DNA from: the human T2T-CHM13v2.0 reference genome, Homo sapiens
DNA: 64,000 nt
Strand: one strand, 5' to 3'
Assembly (NCBI RefSeq): GCF_009914755.1
Contig: NC_060941.1
In this document: positions 13,165 to 25,850 of the stretch, piece after piece
Layout of the letters: the number at the start of each line of letters is the position of its first letter
Position numbering within the stretch: the first letter of the stretch is position 1
Translations under genes and position numbers: made by a program
Notes under the pieces: generated by a model
Seen by the model: only the letters and a program-made list of their open reading frames with translations
The model's database searches: none
What the model was told of the DNA's origin: nothing

Positions 13165-16100
13165 TTATACAGTTTGGATATTTGTCCCCACCCAAATATC
13201 ATGTTGAATTGTAGTCTTCAGTGCTAGAGGTGGGGCCTGGTGGGAGGTCTTTGAATCATGGGGGTGATCCTCATGGCTTGGTGCTGTCTTTGTGATAGTG
13301 AGTTCTTGTGAGATCTGGTCATTTAAAAGTCTGTGGCACCTCCACTCCAACTCTCTCTCTCACTTGCTCCTGCTTTTGCTACATGATGTGCCTGCTACTC
13401 TTACGTTCTTCCATAATAGTAAACTTCCTAAGGCCTCCCCAGAAGCTGAGCAGATACCAGCACCATGCTTCCTGTAAAGCCCACAGAACCATGAGCCAAT
13501 TAAACCTTTTTTCCTTATAAATTACCCAGTCTCGGCTATTTCTTTATAGCAATGCAAGAATTGCTGAACACAGAAAATTGGTACTAAAGAGTGAGGCATT
13601 CCTCTAAAGATGTCTGAAAATGTGGAAGCAACTTTGGAACTGGGTAACAGGCAGAGGTTGGAAGAGTTTAGAGGGCTCAGAAGAAGTCAGGAAGATGAGG
13701 AAAATTTGCAACTTCTTAGAGAACGGGTTAAATGGTTGTGAACAAAATGCTGATAGTGATATAGATGGTGAACTCCAGGCTGATGAGATCTCAGTCAGCA
13801 GTGAGGAACTTATTGGAAACTGCAGCAAAGGTCACACATGTTATACCTTAGCAAATAACTTGGCTGCATTCTGTTCATGCCCTAGGGATCTGTAGAAGTT
13901 TGAACTAAAGAGTGATAATGTAGGGTATCTGCTGTAAGAAATTTCTAAGCAGCAAAGTGTTCAAGATATGACCTGGCTGCTTCCAACAACCTATGCTAAA
14001 ATGTGGGACCTATGCTAAAATGTGGGAGCAAGGAAAAGACCTAAAGATGGAACTTACAGTTAAAAGGGGAGCAGAATGAGTTTGGAAAATTTGCAGCCTG
14101 ACCACATGGCAGAGAAAGAAAACACCTTTTAGGGAGAGGAATTCGAGGAGGTTGAAAGCAACCACTTGCTGGAGAAATTTGCATAACTAAAAAGGAGCCA
14201 AGTGTTAATAGCCAAGACAATTGGAAAAAGACCTCAAAGACATTTCAGAGACTTTTGTGGCAGCTCTGCCATTAGAGGCCTAGGAGGGAAGAATGGTTTT
14301 GTGGGCCAGGGCCAGAACCCCACTGCCATGTACAGCCTTGGGACATTGCTCCTCACAATCAGCTGCTCTGGCTCCAGTTGTGGCTCAAAAGGGCCCAGGT
14401 ACAGCTCAGGTTTCTACTTTGGAGAACGCAAGCTGTAAGCCTTGGTGGCTTTCATGTGATGTTAAGCTTACAGGTGCATAGAATGCAAGAGTGAAGAGTG
14501 CTTGGCAGCCTCTGCCTAGATCTCACAGAATGTATGAGAAAACCTAAGTGCCCAGGTAGAAACCTGCTGCAAGGGTAGAGTCAAACAGAAATGTGGAGTT
14601 GGGGGCCCCACAAAGAGTCCCCAGTGGGGCATTGCCTAGTGGAGTTATGAGAAGGGGGCCACCATTCTCCAGACCCCAGAATGGTAGATCCACTGGCAGC
14701 TTGCTCCCTGTCCCTGGAAAAGCCACAGGAACTAAATAACCTGTGACAGCAGGCTTGGAGGCTGAACCCTCCAAAGCCACAAAAATGGAGCTGCTCAAAG
14801 CTATGGGAGTCACCCCCTTCCACCAGTGTGTCCTGGACGTAGGACACAGATCCAAAGGAGATTATTTTGAAGCTTTAAGATTTAATGACTGTTCTGCTGG
14901 GTTTTGAACTTGCATGGGGCCTGTAGTCCCTTTCTTTTGGCCAACTTCTCCCTTTTGGAATGTAGAAGTTTACCCAATGCCTATACCTCCATTGTTTCTT
15001 GGAAGAAGTAACCAACTTGTTTTGGATTTTACAAGTTGTTAAGTGGAAGGGATTTGCCTTGTCTCAGATGAGACTTTGGACTTTTGAATTAATGCTGAAA
15101 GGTGTGAAGACTTTGAAGGACTATTGGGAAGGCATGATTGTATTTTGCAATGTGAGAAAGATATGAGATTTGGGAGGAGCTCCTGGCATAATTGTATTTT
15201 GCAACATGATATAAAATTCTAAGCACCCCTAACCATCTGAATAGATCCCTGCTGTTGGGCAAGGGCATCCAAAGTTAACTTGAAAAAACAATTTCAGGTC
15301 ATGATGAGAAGGGGGAGCCAGACATGCATCATTGTACCCACTTTCCTTTTGGAATTACTGATTGAACAGACTCTTTACGCCTGATAAGAAACATTTACGA
15401 TCTATTCTCTCTGAAGCTTGCTACCTGGAGGCTTCATCTGAATGATAAAACCTTGGTCTCCATAACCCTTATTGTAACTGAGACATTACTTCCTATTGAT
15501 AATAATTCTTTTAACCAATTGCCAATCAGAAAATCTTTGAACTTATCTACGACTTGGAAGTTCCCACTTTCTGTTGTCCCTTTCCGGACCAAACCAATGT
15601 ATATCATACATGTGTTGATTAGTGCTTTATGTCTCCCTAAAATGTATAAAACCAAATTGTGACCCAACCACCTTGGGCACATGTTTTCAAGATCTCCTGA
15701 GGGCTGTGTCATGGGCCATTAGTCACTGATATTTTGCTCAGAATAAATCTCTTCTAATATTTTAGAGTTTGACTCTTCACCAACAGTGAGAGGACATGAG
15801 ATTTGGGAGGGACTAGGGGCAGATATCCAAAATAGTTTGGATATTTGTCCCCGCCCAAATATCGTGTTGAATTGTAATCCCCCATGCTGGTGATGGGGCC
15901 TGGTGGGAGGTGTTTTGATCATGGGGACAGATACATCATGGTTTGGTGCTGTCCTCATGATAGCGAGTTCTTAGAGGTCTGGTCATTTAAAAGTGTGTGG
16001 CACCCACCCTGTCTCCTTCTTGCTTACTCCTGCTTTCATCCTTTGCCTTCTGCTGCAATCAAAAGCTTCCTGGGCCTCCCCAGAAGCTGAGCAGATGCCA

Positions 16101-16213
16101 GCACCCTGCTTCCTGGAAAGTTTGCAGAACCATGAGCCAATTAAACCTCCTTTCCTTATAAATTACCCAGTCACAGGAATTTCTTTATAGTGATGTTAAG
16201 AATGGCCTATACA
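13165..16213 (+). mobile_element. MSTB-like MaLR provirus (5'LTR 13165-13572, internal, 3'LTR ~15830-16213)
   Basis: Two homologous LTRs (gtttggatatttgtcccc...ccttataaattacccagtc) flanking MST-internal sequence. 5-bp TSD tcaat/tcaac. Confidence 0.9.
15210..15785 (+). mobile_element. MER4-family (MER4B-like) solo LTR inside the MST internal region
   Basis: taaaattctaagcacccctaaccatctgaat...cagaataaatctcttc...caaca. TSD atga/gtga. Confidence 0.85.
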
Positions 16214-17103
16214 TCAACCTAAATAAAAAGAGAGAGGTTCTCTAAAAGTACATGATATTTATTTGGGAGTAGGGTATTGCAATGTGAATATACATGCCCT
16301 AGTATTCAGGGAAGTAAAAGAAGACAAAGGGTTTTAAAGAAAACATGAGGAGAATTACATAACTGTTTTGAGATAATTATCCTTGGCTACAAGGATTAAT
16401 AACAAGAGTGACACCAGTCTGAGATTGGACAGTCTGTTACTGGGCAGATGTCCTTGCAGAAGTATTTTTTTGTGTAAAGTTACGGCCTTTGTGCAAGGTT
16501 GTGTTTTTTTGCAGGCTTTGTGACAGTTTTTGTTATCAGCCATTTATGCATGAGAATTCTCTTTTCATGGCCTTCCACATTTCTATTTGTCAGGGCTATT
16601 TGACACAAATGAATGCATTTTTATTCTGACAACTTTCATATAAGCTATATGATTTTAGAGAATTTACTTACTCCCAGTTTCACCAGCTATATAATATATA
16701 ATAACTCCAACTTCATAGTGTTGTGAGAATTAAATTATAAAGTATGTAATGTTCTTAGTATAGGGCTCAAACACAGAATAGTTCTGCCTTCACTGGTAAG
16801 TATAATGACCATTCATTTATTACTGCAATAACATTTACTGAATAGCTATAGAGTTTCAGTCACTATGACAAATTCATACGCTGAAAAATTCGAATATGGC
16901 CTCATCCCTACCTTGAAGAAGCTCTAGATAATTAAAAACACAGTTATAGAACAAGGAGATAAGAGCAGCAAAGTTGAGGGATGCACAGGGAGTGGGGAAG
17001 GAGATGGTGCATAGCCTTCCTAGGTGACGTGTCATATCAGGGACACAAGTATCATGCACTTTTAGGCTTGTCTTTACTTCCTCTTTTCCTCATGCAGCAG
17101 AAA

Positions 17104-17891
17104 TGTAGTATAACAAAAAACACATTTGGTCTTTGTTCCTGGTTCTGGGAAGAGAGCTTCTAAATCTTTGGAATTTTCTGAGTGGTAAGAGTGTCTTTTG
17201 TTACTCATAACAAGCACTTTTTGATTATACTTCAGTTTATGCTAATGAGTGATTTCGGGTGGTGAATCCTAAACAGCCTCTGGATAGGTCTGGCTACCAG
17301 AAAGACCAGATGGTTAGAGAGTAGACACTTTCGGCTCCACCCACCAACTTTCAGGAAGGAGAATAGAGCTGGAAATAAAGCTTTATAAAAACTCTTGAAT
17401 GACAAGCTCTGATGAGTTTCCAGGTTGGTGAACACATGGAGGTGACGGGAGGGTGGGTGATGTGCCCAAAGAAGGCATTGAAGGAAGCCCCATGCACCCC
17501 TCCACCTCCATACTTTGCCCCATGCATCTCCCATCTGGCTGTTCCTGAGCTGTATCCTTTATAACAAACCTGTAAAAATAAGTATAAAATGTTTCCTTGG
17601 GTTTTGTGAACCATTCTAACAAATAATTGAACCCAAGGAGGGGATGGTAGGAAGCCCCAGTTTATAGTCAGTTGGTCGGAAGTATAGGAGGTCAGGACTT
17701 ACAACTGGCGTCTGAAGTTGGGGCAGTCTTGTGGAGTGAGCCTTCAGCTTGCAGGATCTGATGCTAACTTAAGGTAGTGTCAAAATTAATTAAATTATTG
17801 GACGCCCAGTTGGTATCCAGAGAGTTGGAGAATTTCTTGGTATACATTTGGTGTCTGAAGTGTTGTGTGAATGGAGGAAAAACTTTTTACA
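17104..17891. mobile_element. MER21-like LTR
   Basis: tttggtctttgttcctggttctgg...gagtttccaggttggtgaacacatggagg...tggcgtctgaagttggggcagtcttgtgg. Confidence 0.75.
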
Positions 17892-18130
17892 GAAGAGGAA
17901 ATCAATTTCTTCTAGCACCACTGGTAAGGATGCCTGTGTCAGCTTCACAAGCATGTCTCCTATGTGGGTGCTCTGTGACTTGGAGTATACCTCCTCTATC
18001 CCTAATTTTTATCTGCTGGAGACACATTGTTCAAGGCCAAGAGATTCAGCCTTATGAAACCTGGGCCAGCCCAGGTTGGCCAATGGGCCATGAATGACCT
18101 GACACAACAGTGTTCATCAGATAGAAACTT

Positions 18131-19567
18131 CAGGTTGAGTATCCCTTATCCAAAAGGCATGAAACCAGAAGTGTTTCAGATTTCAGATTTTGGAATATTT
18201 GCATGTACATACTGAGATATCATGGGGATGGGACACAAGTCTAAAAATATAATTCAGTTATGTTTCATATATATTTATATATACAAAGGGTAATTTTATA
18301 TAATATTTTAAATAATTTTGTGCATGAAACAAAGTCTGTATACATTGAAGCATAAGAAAGCAAAGGACTCTATCACATCACCCATGTGGATGATCTGTGG
18401 TTGTTTGACATCATTGTCATTCCTGACTGAATTTATATGCTACCATAAACAATAATTTTCTTACATTTACTCACCCGTAAGTACTTAACATTAGAAAACA
18501 TGACATGCTATTAATAGGGTGAAAAAATAATGTGTTCAGGATAACTAAGCAGCACAGTAGCATTGCCATAATACCTGCATCTACTGTTAGGCATCAGCAG
18601 CAGCTGACAAGAGCAGGCTTTCAGTCTCCACCTTCGATGTTGTGTTTTGACTTAAGTTATTGTGCATTGTATTTCATTTTTCTTTGCTGAGAAGAAACAT
18701 CAGAAGCAGTTGAGGGACCAGGACGTGGGTCACTTGGGATGAGGAGGCATTCTGCTGGATGGGATTTAAAGCTGTTTCCTCCAGAATCACTTGCTTCATG
18801 AACAATGGTTTTTATCTTAGAAGACTCTCTTTAGCTTAAACTGACATGCCTCTGTTATGAACACATGCTGCTCTAGTCCTTCAATAAGCCCAGTACATAT
18901 TTTCTCCATGTTGTCTATGGGCACTTTTTCTGCAGTGTTAACAACGTCATCTTTGTCACTGTTATCTCAATCACCTTGATTTACAATCACTTTTGCTATT
19001 TCACCATCGGTCAATGAATGAACAACTGTAACCTTATTATTAATGTTAAAAACTTCTTTGATATCCATTTCTTCCGGCTTACTGATGGACTCCGAAGGTA
19101 TGTTTTTTGCATATGTAAGGAGGTTAGACATCATGTTTTCCTCACTTGACATACAGAATCCTTCAAAGTCACCACCTTGTTCATCATCATCACTGAATGT
19201 AGTTGCAGGCCAGAGCTTGTGCCAGGCGTGCTCAACTGTGTCTTTAGTCACTGTGTTCCAAGTATTCCAAGTATTGGCAACAGCATATATGGCATCCTTC
19301 ATGCTAAACTCCTTTTGAAAACCTGTCACACCCATGCCTCTCTTCACTGCTGTTAGCGTGCTGTTCAAGAAAGTGTTTTAATATTTACTCTTCATTGATT
19401 TAAGTATAACCTGATCACATGGCTGAAGTAATGGAGTCACATTTGGAGGAAAATACATAGCATAAACGTATTTTTGATGGGACTTTCAGCTGGAGGATGA
19501 GCATAACAGTTGACAAGAAAGAACAAAATCTTGCAGTCATCATCCAGTCTGGCTTCCCAGTAGTGAG
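18131..19567 (-). mobile_element. Tigger4 (Zombi) with decayed pogo-type transposase remnant
   Basis: TIR caggttgagtatccctt. ORFs 18967-19368 and 19437-19619 give Tigger transposase-like peptides (KDAIYAVANTWN...VEHAWHKLWP; ILFFLVNCYAHPPAE). Confidence 0.85.
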
Positions 19568-19840
19568 TGTAACAGTAAGAAATCAAACATAACTGACTCC
19601 ATCTTGTGTCTGACCTCACAGGCTAACTGCCTTTGCTCATTCCTGCATGTAAGCCAAGCCAGCTCTGGGAGGAACTTAGTTTACAGTTTAACTTTAAAAA
19701 TAAGGATGATAACACACCCTTCCCAAAAATAACTCCCGAGGAGATAAGAGGGTGCGTACACAAGTAACAATGTTATTTTAAACATTTATAAGAGCATTGT
19801 GACCTGGCCAAGGACAGAGAAGTTTTGTAAGCCCCTGGAA
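19568..19840 (+). mobile_element. ERV1-class LTR 5' fragment
   Basis: tgtaac...ataactgactccatctt...gggaggaacttagtttacagtttaactttaaa. Family uncertain. Confidence 0.6.
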
Positions 19841-20199
19841 TATTAATCTATAAATTAAGGACTGAGGGATGATGCTTCTTTGGACAGGACCATTCTTAAA
19901 CATACACCATGTATGTTTTATAGCTGATGTGGCAGAAAGATTTACTCTACTGGGCCAATTTTGGTTTATTCATGTTAGCTACCTGGAGCACTGCATTGAC
20001 ACAGATTCAAGGGCTATGTTCAGGCTCAGTGGGACAGAATGTCACAATTGCTCAGTGAGTCTGTCACAGGCACAGAAAGGGGCAATGCTTGCACCTATTA
20101 AAGGATGAGTACAATAAGTAGAGAAGTGTTTGTAGGGATTATATATTATAAAAAATCTTGTATCAGATTTTTTCTCATTCAAGCCCTCTGCTTAAAAAG

Positions 20200-21170
20200 C
20201 AAAAGGGGTGACCAATTAACATATTTAATAGACAAAGGATTATTCCTATTAGTATATAAATAACTCATACAAATCAGTAAGAAAGACAACCTAACCAACC
20301 TAACAGAAAAATGGTCAAAGAGTTACAGATAATTTACAGTAGAAAAGAGTGCCAATAAATATTTGAAAAATTGCATACTCCAGTAACCAAGAAAATAAAA
20401 ATTTAAGTGACAACGAATGAGATGTTTTTTAAACCTATCAGATCAGCAAAAAATTGAAAAGTGAGAAAGTCCAAGATTGGATGGGATTGTGAGAAAATAG
20501 GAACAGTCATACACTGTAGATAGATGTACCAATCAGTAGAGTCTTTATCGAGGGTGTTTTGGCTGTACCTATTGAAATTCTAAATGAACGTGCTTTCACC
20601 CAGGAATTCCAATTCCAGATTTGTGTTCTACAGAAATACTTATTCATGTGCACAAATATGTACAAGGATACTCATTACAGAATTGTTTGCAATTGTGAAA
20701 AATAGTTAACCTAAATGTCCATCAAGTGGAAGTTGATTAAATAATTATATATATGTATATATACATACATACATACACACACACATACACTGTGGAAATT
20801 GACAACAGTTTAGAATAATGAGAGATACACATGCCCAGACATGGGAAGATCTCTGAGATATAAAGTAAAAAATTATTTTGCATATTATATATATATATAG
20901 CATATAATAAATATAAATATATATGATCTTATTTATTTTAAAAATCCAAACAATACATTAATATGCACACTCTAAATGTGAAAATGCATTTTTAAAAAGT
21001 CTACATAGATAGAACCTAAAATGTTATGTGGTTACCTCTAGGGAGGAGGATGATGTTGGGGGTGAGAGATGGAAGACAAAGAGGAACTTTTTTTTCACTC
21101 GATGTATTTTTTTATTGTTTAAAATTTTATTCCTGAGAATGTGTTCCCAATTATTTTATAAGAATAAGTC
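20200..21170 (+). mobile_element. Old L1ME 3' region with embedded (TA)/(CA) microsatellites
   Basis: aaatcagtaagaaagacaac...aacctaaatgtccatca...gtggttacctctagggagg. Confidence 0.75.
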
Positions 21171-22023
21171 AAGATGTGGGAGCATGTGTCATTCCAGAAA
21201 AGTACAGTTGGGGACACATGCTGGGGCCAGATGATGCGAGCCCTGAGTCTCAGGGTCAAGGTTGAACCCACCCTGCAGACAGTGGGGAGCTAGTGAAGGG
21301 TCTAAGAAGAGAAGAAAAGGATCAAGCCTACATTTCTGTTGGCCGCCCCTGGCAGTAGCTAGAGAATGGTGGATGCAACAGGGCCACTATGTGTTTATCG
21401 AACAGATAGATGGGTAAATGACTGATTGCATATGAGAAAGCCTAAGTGTAAAATCACAAGTGTCACCTCTGGGATGATTTTTCTCTCTTTCCAAATCAAT
21501 TCAGAGAATGCATTAGCAGCTTTAAAGTCAGCTTGAAAAATGAGGGCCTTGGATTGAGTACAAGTTGTGAGCCATCATCATCTGCTTAGTATGATTATTC
21601 TCAATAGCTGGGTCTTGACTCTTTGAAGTTTGTCATAACCAATTTGTTGGTAGTAATGAAGTAACAGTGTTTGCAAATGGTGTACTTAGGAAAAGTGGGA
21701 GCAGCCTCGAGATTATGTTTATAAAAGTATTATCCCCCACGTGTGGCATTCTGATATGTTTTCTTCAGTGGAGGGGAAGGGATGGGCACCAGGCAGGGTG
21801 CTGGAGGAAATCAGACTTAATGTGTCTTTCCTGTGACATGTATTCGACTGGGAGAAAATTTTAAGAGCCCCTGTTTTGAGGAAAGGATAGTGGCCCCCCT
21901 TATATCTGAAGTACTATAGAATTGAGTATGTTGTTTAAAACAGCTTTCCATTCATTCTATTCCCAGGTGAATTTCTAATCGCTGACCCTGATGCTCTGAT
22001 CGCTACCAAGTTGTTCACTTTGC

Positions 22024-22222
22024 CATTGGTGTGCTGGTAGACCAGCTCTCCAGGAAGAAGAAAAAAAGCCTGGTTTGTAGTGTTTGCCAATTTCCATGGT
22101 GTAAATGCTCCCACCGTGGCTGATTTCAAACCACCAATGGTTTAACAACTAGCATGCAAAATTCTTGAATGTTTTACTGTCAGCTTTCTGTGAGCTGGCA
22201 TGAGTTGCCACAGTATACCATT
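22024..22222. mobile_element. MER63-like hAT fossil
   Basis: ttggtgtgctggta...ttgccaatttccatggtgtaaatgctcccaccgtggctgatttcaa. Confidence 0.75.
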
Positions 22223-23829
22223 GCTCCTTGACCTGAAACTTCATTGCAGTTGAAAACAAAACAAAACAAAATCCTGTGTTCTGGTCTAACTTAGGGAATG
22301 GCTTGCCTTTGGTGAAGAGGTATTATTAACCTACATCTCTCCTATCTCTCCTCTACTTTGTCGGGAACTCTTTCTTGAGAGCACAATAACTTAAGGGTTA
22401 ATAACCCCATTTTATGGAGGAGAAAGCCGAAATTCAGAAAGAAATAACTTGCTCGAGACTCTATTTGTCAGTATACCTGGTTGTAAATTCCCTCCAGAAG
22501 AATGGGTCTCCCCCAAGGTCCAATGCGTCAACTCCTGGGCGGCAGACCCTTAGGATCAAATAAGGCAGCTCAGGCATAGTCCTCCGTAGTTACAAGGAAA
22601 AGAGCATGACCTAAGTGTTTCTACAGAGATTTAATTCTCACAACACTTTTATCGTTTATGAAAACACTAAGTGGAAAGTGATTTGTTAATTGTAAAGTGT
22701 GAGAGAAATACTAGTTAATAACTACTTGTTAGTATTGACAATAATCTCATTAATGCTCACAATGGCCCTATGTCATAGGCAAGATTATCAACAGGCTGGA
22801 AGTGAAGATGCCAAGGGTCTGAGGGGTTAATTCAATTACTTGGGGCCTGATAGCCTGTGAGGGGTCAAGCCAAAGGGCCAGATCTGCAACCCATATCTTC
22901 CAAAGCCCAGCATGTTCTATCACGTTGCTTCTTTGTACATAATCTTTTCTCCTCTACTGGGTTATGACCCCGTGAGGGCCAAGATTCTCCTTTGTCTTTG
23001 ATGTCTTTGTTGTTCACCAGCCAAAATGAGTTTTGATTTCCAGGAGGTAGTTTTTGGCCTAGTCTAGGTAACAGGGTTAGCTAATGCAGTCATTCAGCTG
23101 ATTCTCATACAAATTCCTTAGCTCTCTAAGGGAGAAATCCAGATAGACCTTTTACATCAGGTAAGGCACTTGGGAATTTGCAATTAAGTAAGAAGATGTT
23201 GTTGACTGAGTTCTCGCTATCTGTGCAACTGAAAAAGCAGCCCAAGTTTCCTATAAAAAGTGGAGCTGAAGCATCAGCTTTATAAAGAGGGCTGCACATC
23301 TGTCTGTTTCTGCCTGGCACTTCTGAGTTCCCAGTCTACCCACAAAGGGTTCACAGCCTCCGTTCCCAACCACTCAGCCGGACCTGCAAACACTTTGCTT
23401 TCTTGACTGAATCCAGTTGTTTTGATTTCCTGGCTTCTCCCTCCAAGACTTATTTTCTGCCTTGTGGTCAGTCTTTAATAACCTGCTGGGAAACAGAAGG
23501 AAGGCCAGAGTGTAATGAAGGATGGGTAGGGTTGCGGGAGGTGAGCCTGAAGCGAGATATACGGCAATATGCAGTGTGTACTGACTTGCGTTCAGAAACT
23601 TTTTCTGGTATGTCAGTCTTTGCAACAGTAGGTTACATTCCTTGCGGACAGGAGCTAATTCCTGTTCCTCAGAGTAAATAGCACAGTGAAAAAGTAAATA
23701 TTTATTGAGTGAAAACCAGTGAGGAGAGCTAGTGTGGCCTTGGGCAGATCACTTTACTTATCTGTACATCACTTGGATAATCTTAAAGGTAGGAATAAAA
23801 ACTCTCCAAAGTAGCAAGGTATAAAAAAA

Positions 23830-24005
23830 GCGATCAGCAAACTGTTCCTATAAAGTTTTAGAGAGCAAATATTTTAGGCTTTTCAGGCCGTATGGTCTCT
23901 GTGGGATACTCAACCCTACTATTGTACCACAAAAGCAGGCACAGAACAGTGAGCACAGCTGTGTTCCAATGAAACTTTATTTACACAAACAGGCAGTGGG
24001 CTGAT
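23830..24005. mobile_element. MER58A-like hAT-Charlie fossil
   Basis: atcagcaaactgttcc...aaatattttaggcttttcaggcc...aaactttatttacacaaacaggcagtggg. Confidence 0.7.
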
Positions 24006-24480
24006 GCTGCTGTAGCGGGAAGGGTTTGAGAAATGAGATTAGACCCATGGGGGCTTGACTCCTACCTTGGACACTAACAATTTGACTTTAGGCAAGTTAA
24101 TTAATCTTTCTGATCCTGAGATTGTTCGGCCATAAAAACCATGATGACTGCAGGGAGGGTTGTGAGAACTGGATGAACATATATCGAGTACATATCCTGG
24201 GGCCTGGCACATGTAGTCATTGCTGCTTTCATTATTATTTTCATTATTCCAGCTCTACTATTCAAGGAGTCTCTGAGTCTCAGAATCCTGCTGGTATTTT
24301 TAGTTTAGGCTTCTCTGAGACGTAGGCTGACAGCTCCTAGGTGACATTTCCTTTGAGAAACAATAAACAATTTGAGCAGATTCCTTATCCAGGCTTGTGC
24401 CCTGGGGATAGATAAAGACAAGCTTTAGGTATAGCATTCTAGGTGGGCTGGTGGAACTTTACTTTTTAAAATGTCAGCCT

Positions 24481-24615
24481 GGATCAGGCACAGTGGCTCA
24501 CACCTATAATCCTAGCACTTGGGGAGGTCAAAGCGGGAGGACCACTTGAGGCCAGAAGTTTAAGACCAGCCTGGGCAACATAGCAAGACCCTGTTTCTAC
24601 CAGAAAAAAAAAAAA
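24481..24615 (+). mobile_element. FLAM / Alu left monomer
   Basis: Single Alu arm with A-tail. TSD aaaatgtcagcct(gg). Confidence 0.88.
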
Positions 24616-25289
24616 ATGTCAGCCTGGGCCCCACCTTCTGGCATGTTTTTTCCAGGCAGCCTGTGCCCTTCTGTCCTGAGCTTCAGGGAGGCCCACTTAG
24701 GTCTCCTTCATGTGTTATCCTGGCCTTTGCTCCCATTCCTTCCCAAGGCCTTCATCAGAGGATCTCGAATCTGGCCTCCTGGGTCACAGGAAACACAGAC
24801 CTTCAGGTCAAGTGCAGGGCATTGACTGTCAGGGTTCAGGTGGCATTGTGTAATTCAAGACAAGTATAAGAAATGGAGCCAGGTCTTCGGAGACCTGGGG
24901 AGTGGTGAAGAACTGATGACAGTATCCCCAAGTTGGGAGGCTATCGCGTAGGGGTTGAGCAGGCGGCCCTGATGTCAAATTTCCCAGGTGTGAATCCTGG
25001 CTCACCACTTGTTACCTTGGGACCCTGGGCAAGTGTTGGTTACCTAATGTGTAAAATGAAGACTATAATTGTACCTATGACATAAGAGTGCAGAAAGGGT
25101 TAACTATGGCTCTTTCTTCCATCTAAGTAGCAGCTTGCTGTCCAGCTGCTGAGGGGCTGCTCTGTTCCCTCTCTCCAGAGTGCATACTCATCGGCTTGCA
25201 CAGGACCCCAAGTGCTGACTTCAGCTCTGGAGTTTACATGACTGTGGCGTTATGTGAATGCATGGTTTGATTTCTTGGTAGCTTTTCTT

Positions 25290-25850
25290 AGCATTCATTT
25301 AGTTATTTCTTTCATTCATTCTTTAAGTTATTTATTTACGTATCTATTCATTCCACATTAATTGGGCATCTACTATGTGCCAGGCATTATGCTTCCTGCT
25401 CAGATTACAAATAAGACATAATGCTTGCCTCCAGGGAGTTGCTCATCTAACGGGTAATAGATAAGCAAACAATTAGAGTACAGTACAAAAGTGTCTGCAA
25501 TACAGATGCATACATAGAGAAAGGGCAGATGGCGAAGTCAGAGGAGGTTCTGGCAGGAAGTGGTACTTAGAATGCTTTTACTATGCAGGTGAGAGGGGTT
25601 GGGGAAGGATGTTTCAAGTAGAAAAAGCATATACCAAGGCTTGAAGTACTGTGATTTGTTCGAGGCCTTGCCAGTAATTCGTGTGATGAGAACACAGGGT
25701 ATAGGACAGAGAGTCTGAGGTCTCAGAGCAGTGGGGAAAGGTGGGGGTCAGATAATAAAAGGCCTTATGGACACTACTAAGTGGATTGAATTTCATTTTT
25801 ATTCCAAGGGCAATGGGGGAACCTTGAGAGATATAAGCAGGAAGTGAGAG
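25290..25850 (-). mobile_element. L2 3' end (antisense)
   Basis: cattcatt... tail, gcatctactatgtgccaggca, continuing to aagggcaatggggga...aagcaggaagtga. Confidence 0.8.

Larger units (their letters stand above)
12480..16640 (-). mobile_element. ERV1-class LTR 'B' (family uncertain), pieces 12480-12488 and 16217-16640, inserted in a MIR
   Basis: 4-bp TSD taag at 12476-12479 and 16641-16644. The MIR reads continuously across the site (ccacttataag|ctatatgattttagag). Confidence 0.7.

Noticed and set aside
13989-14026. 19-bp perfect tandem duplication in the MST internal region
   Set aside because: Ordinary slippage indel in a decayed element.
18967-19368. 133-aa transposase-like ORF as a domesticated TIGD-like gene
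   Set aside because: Short frameshifted remnant within a Tigger4 fossil that is truncated by an LTR.
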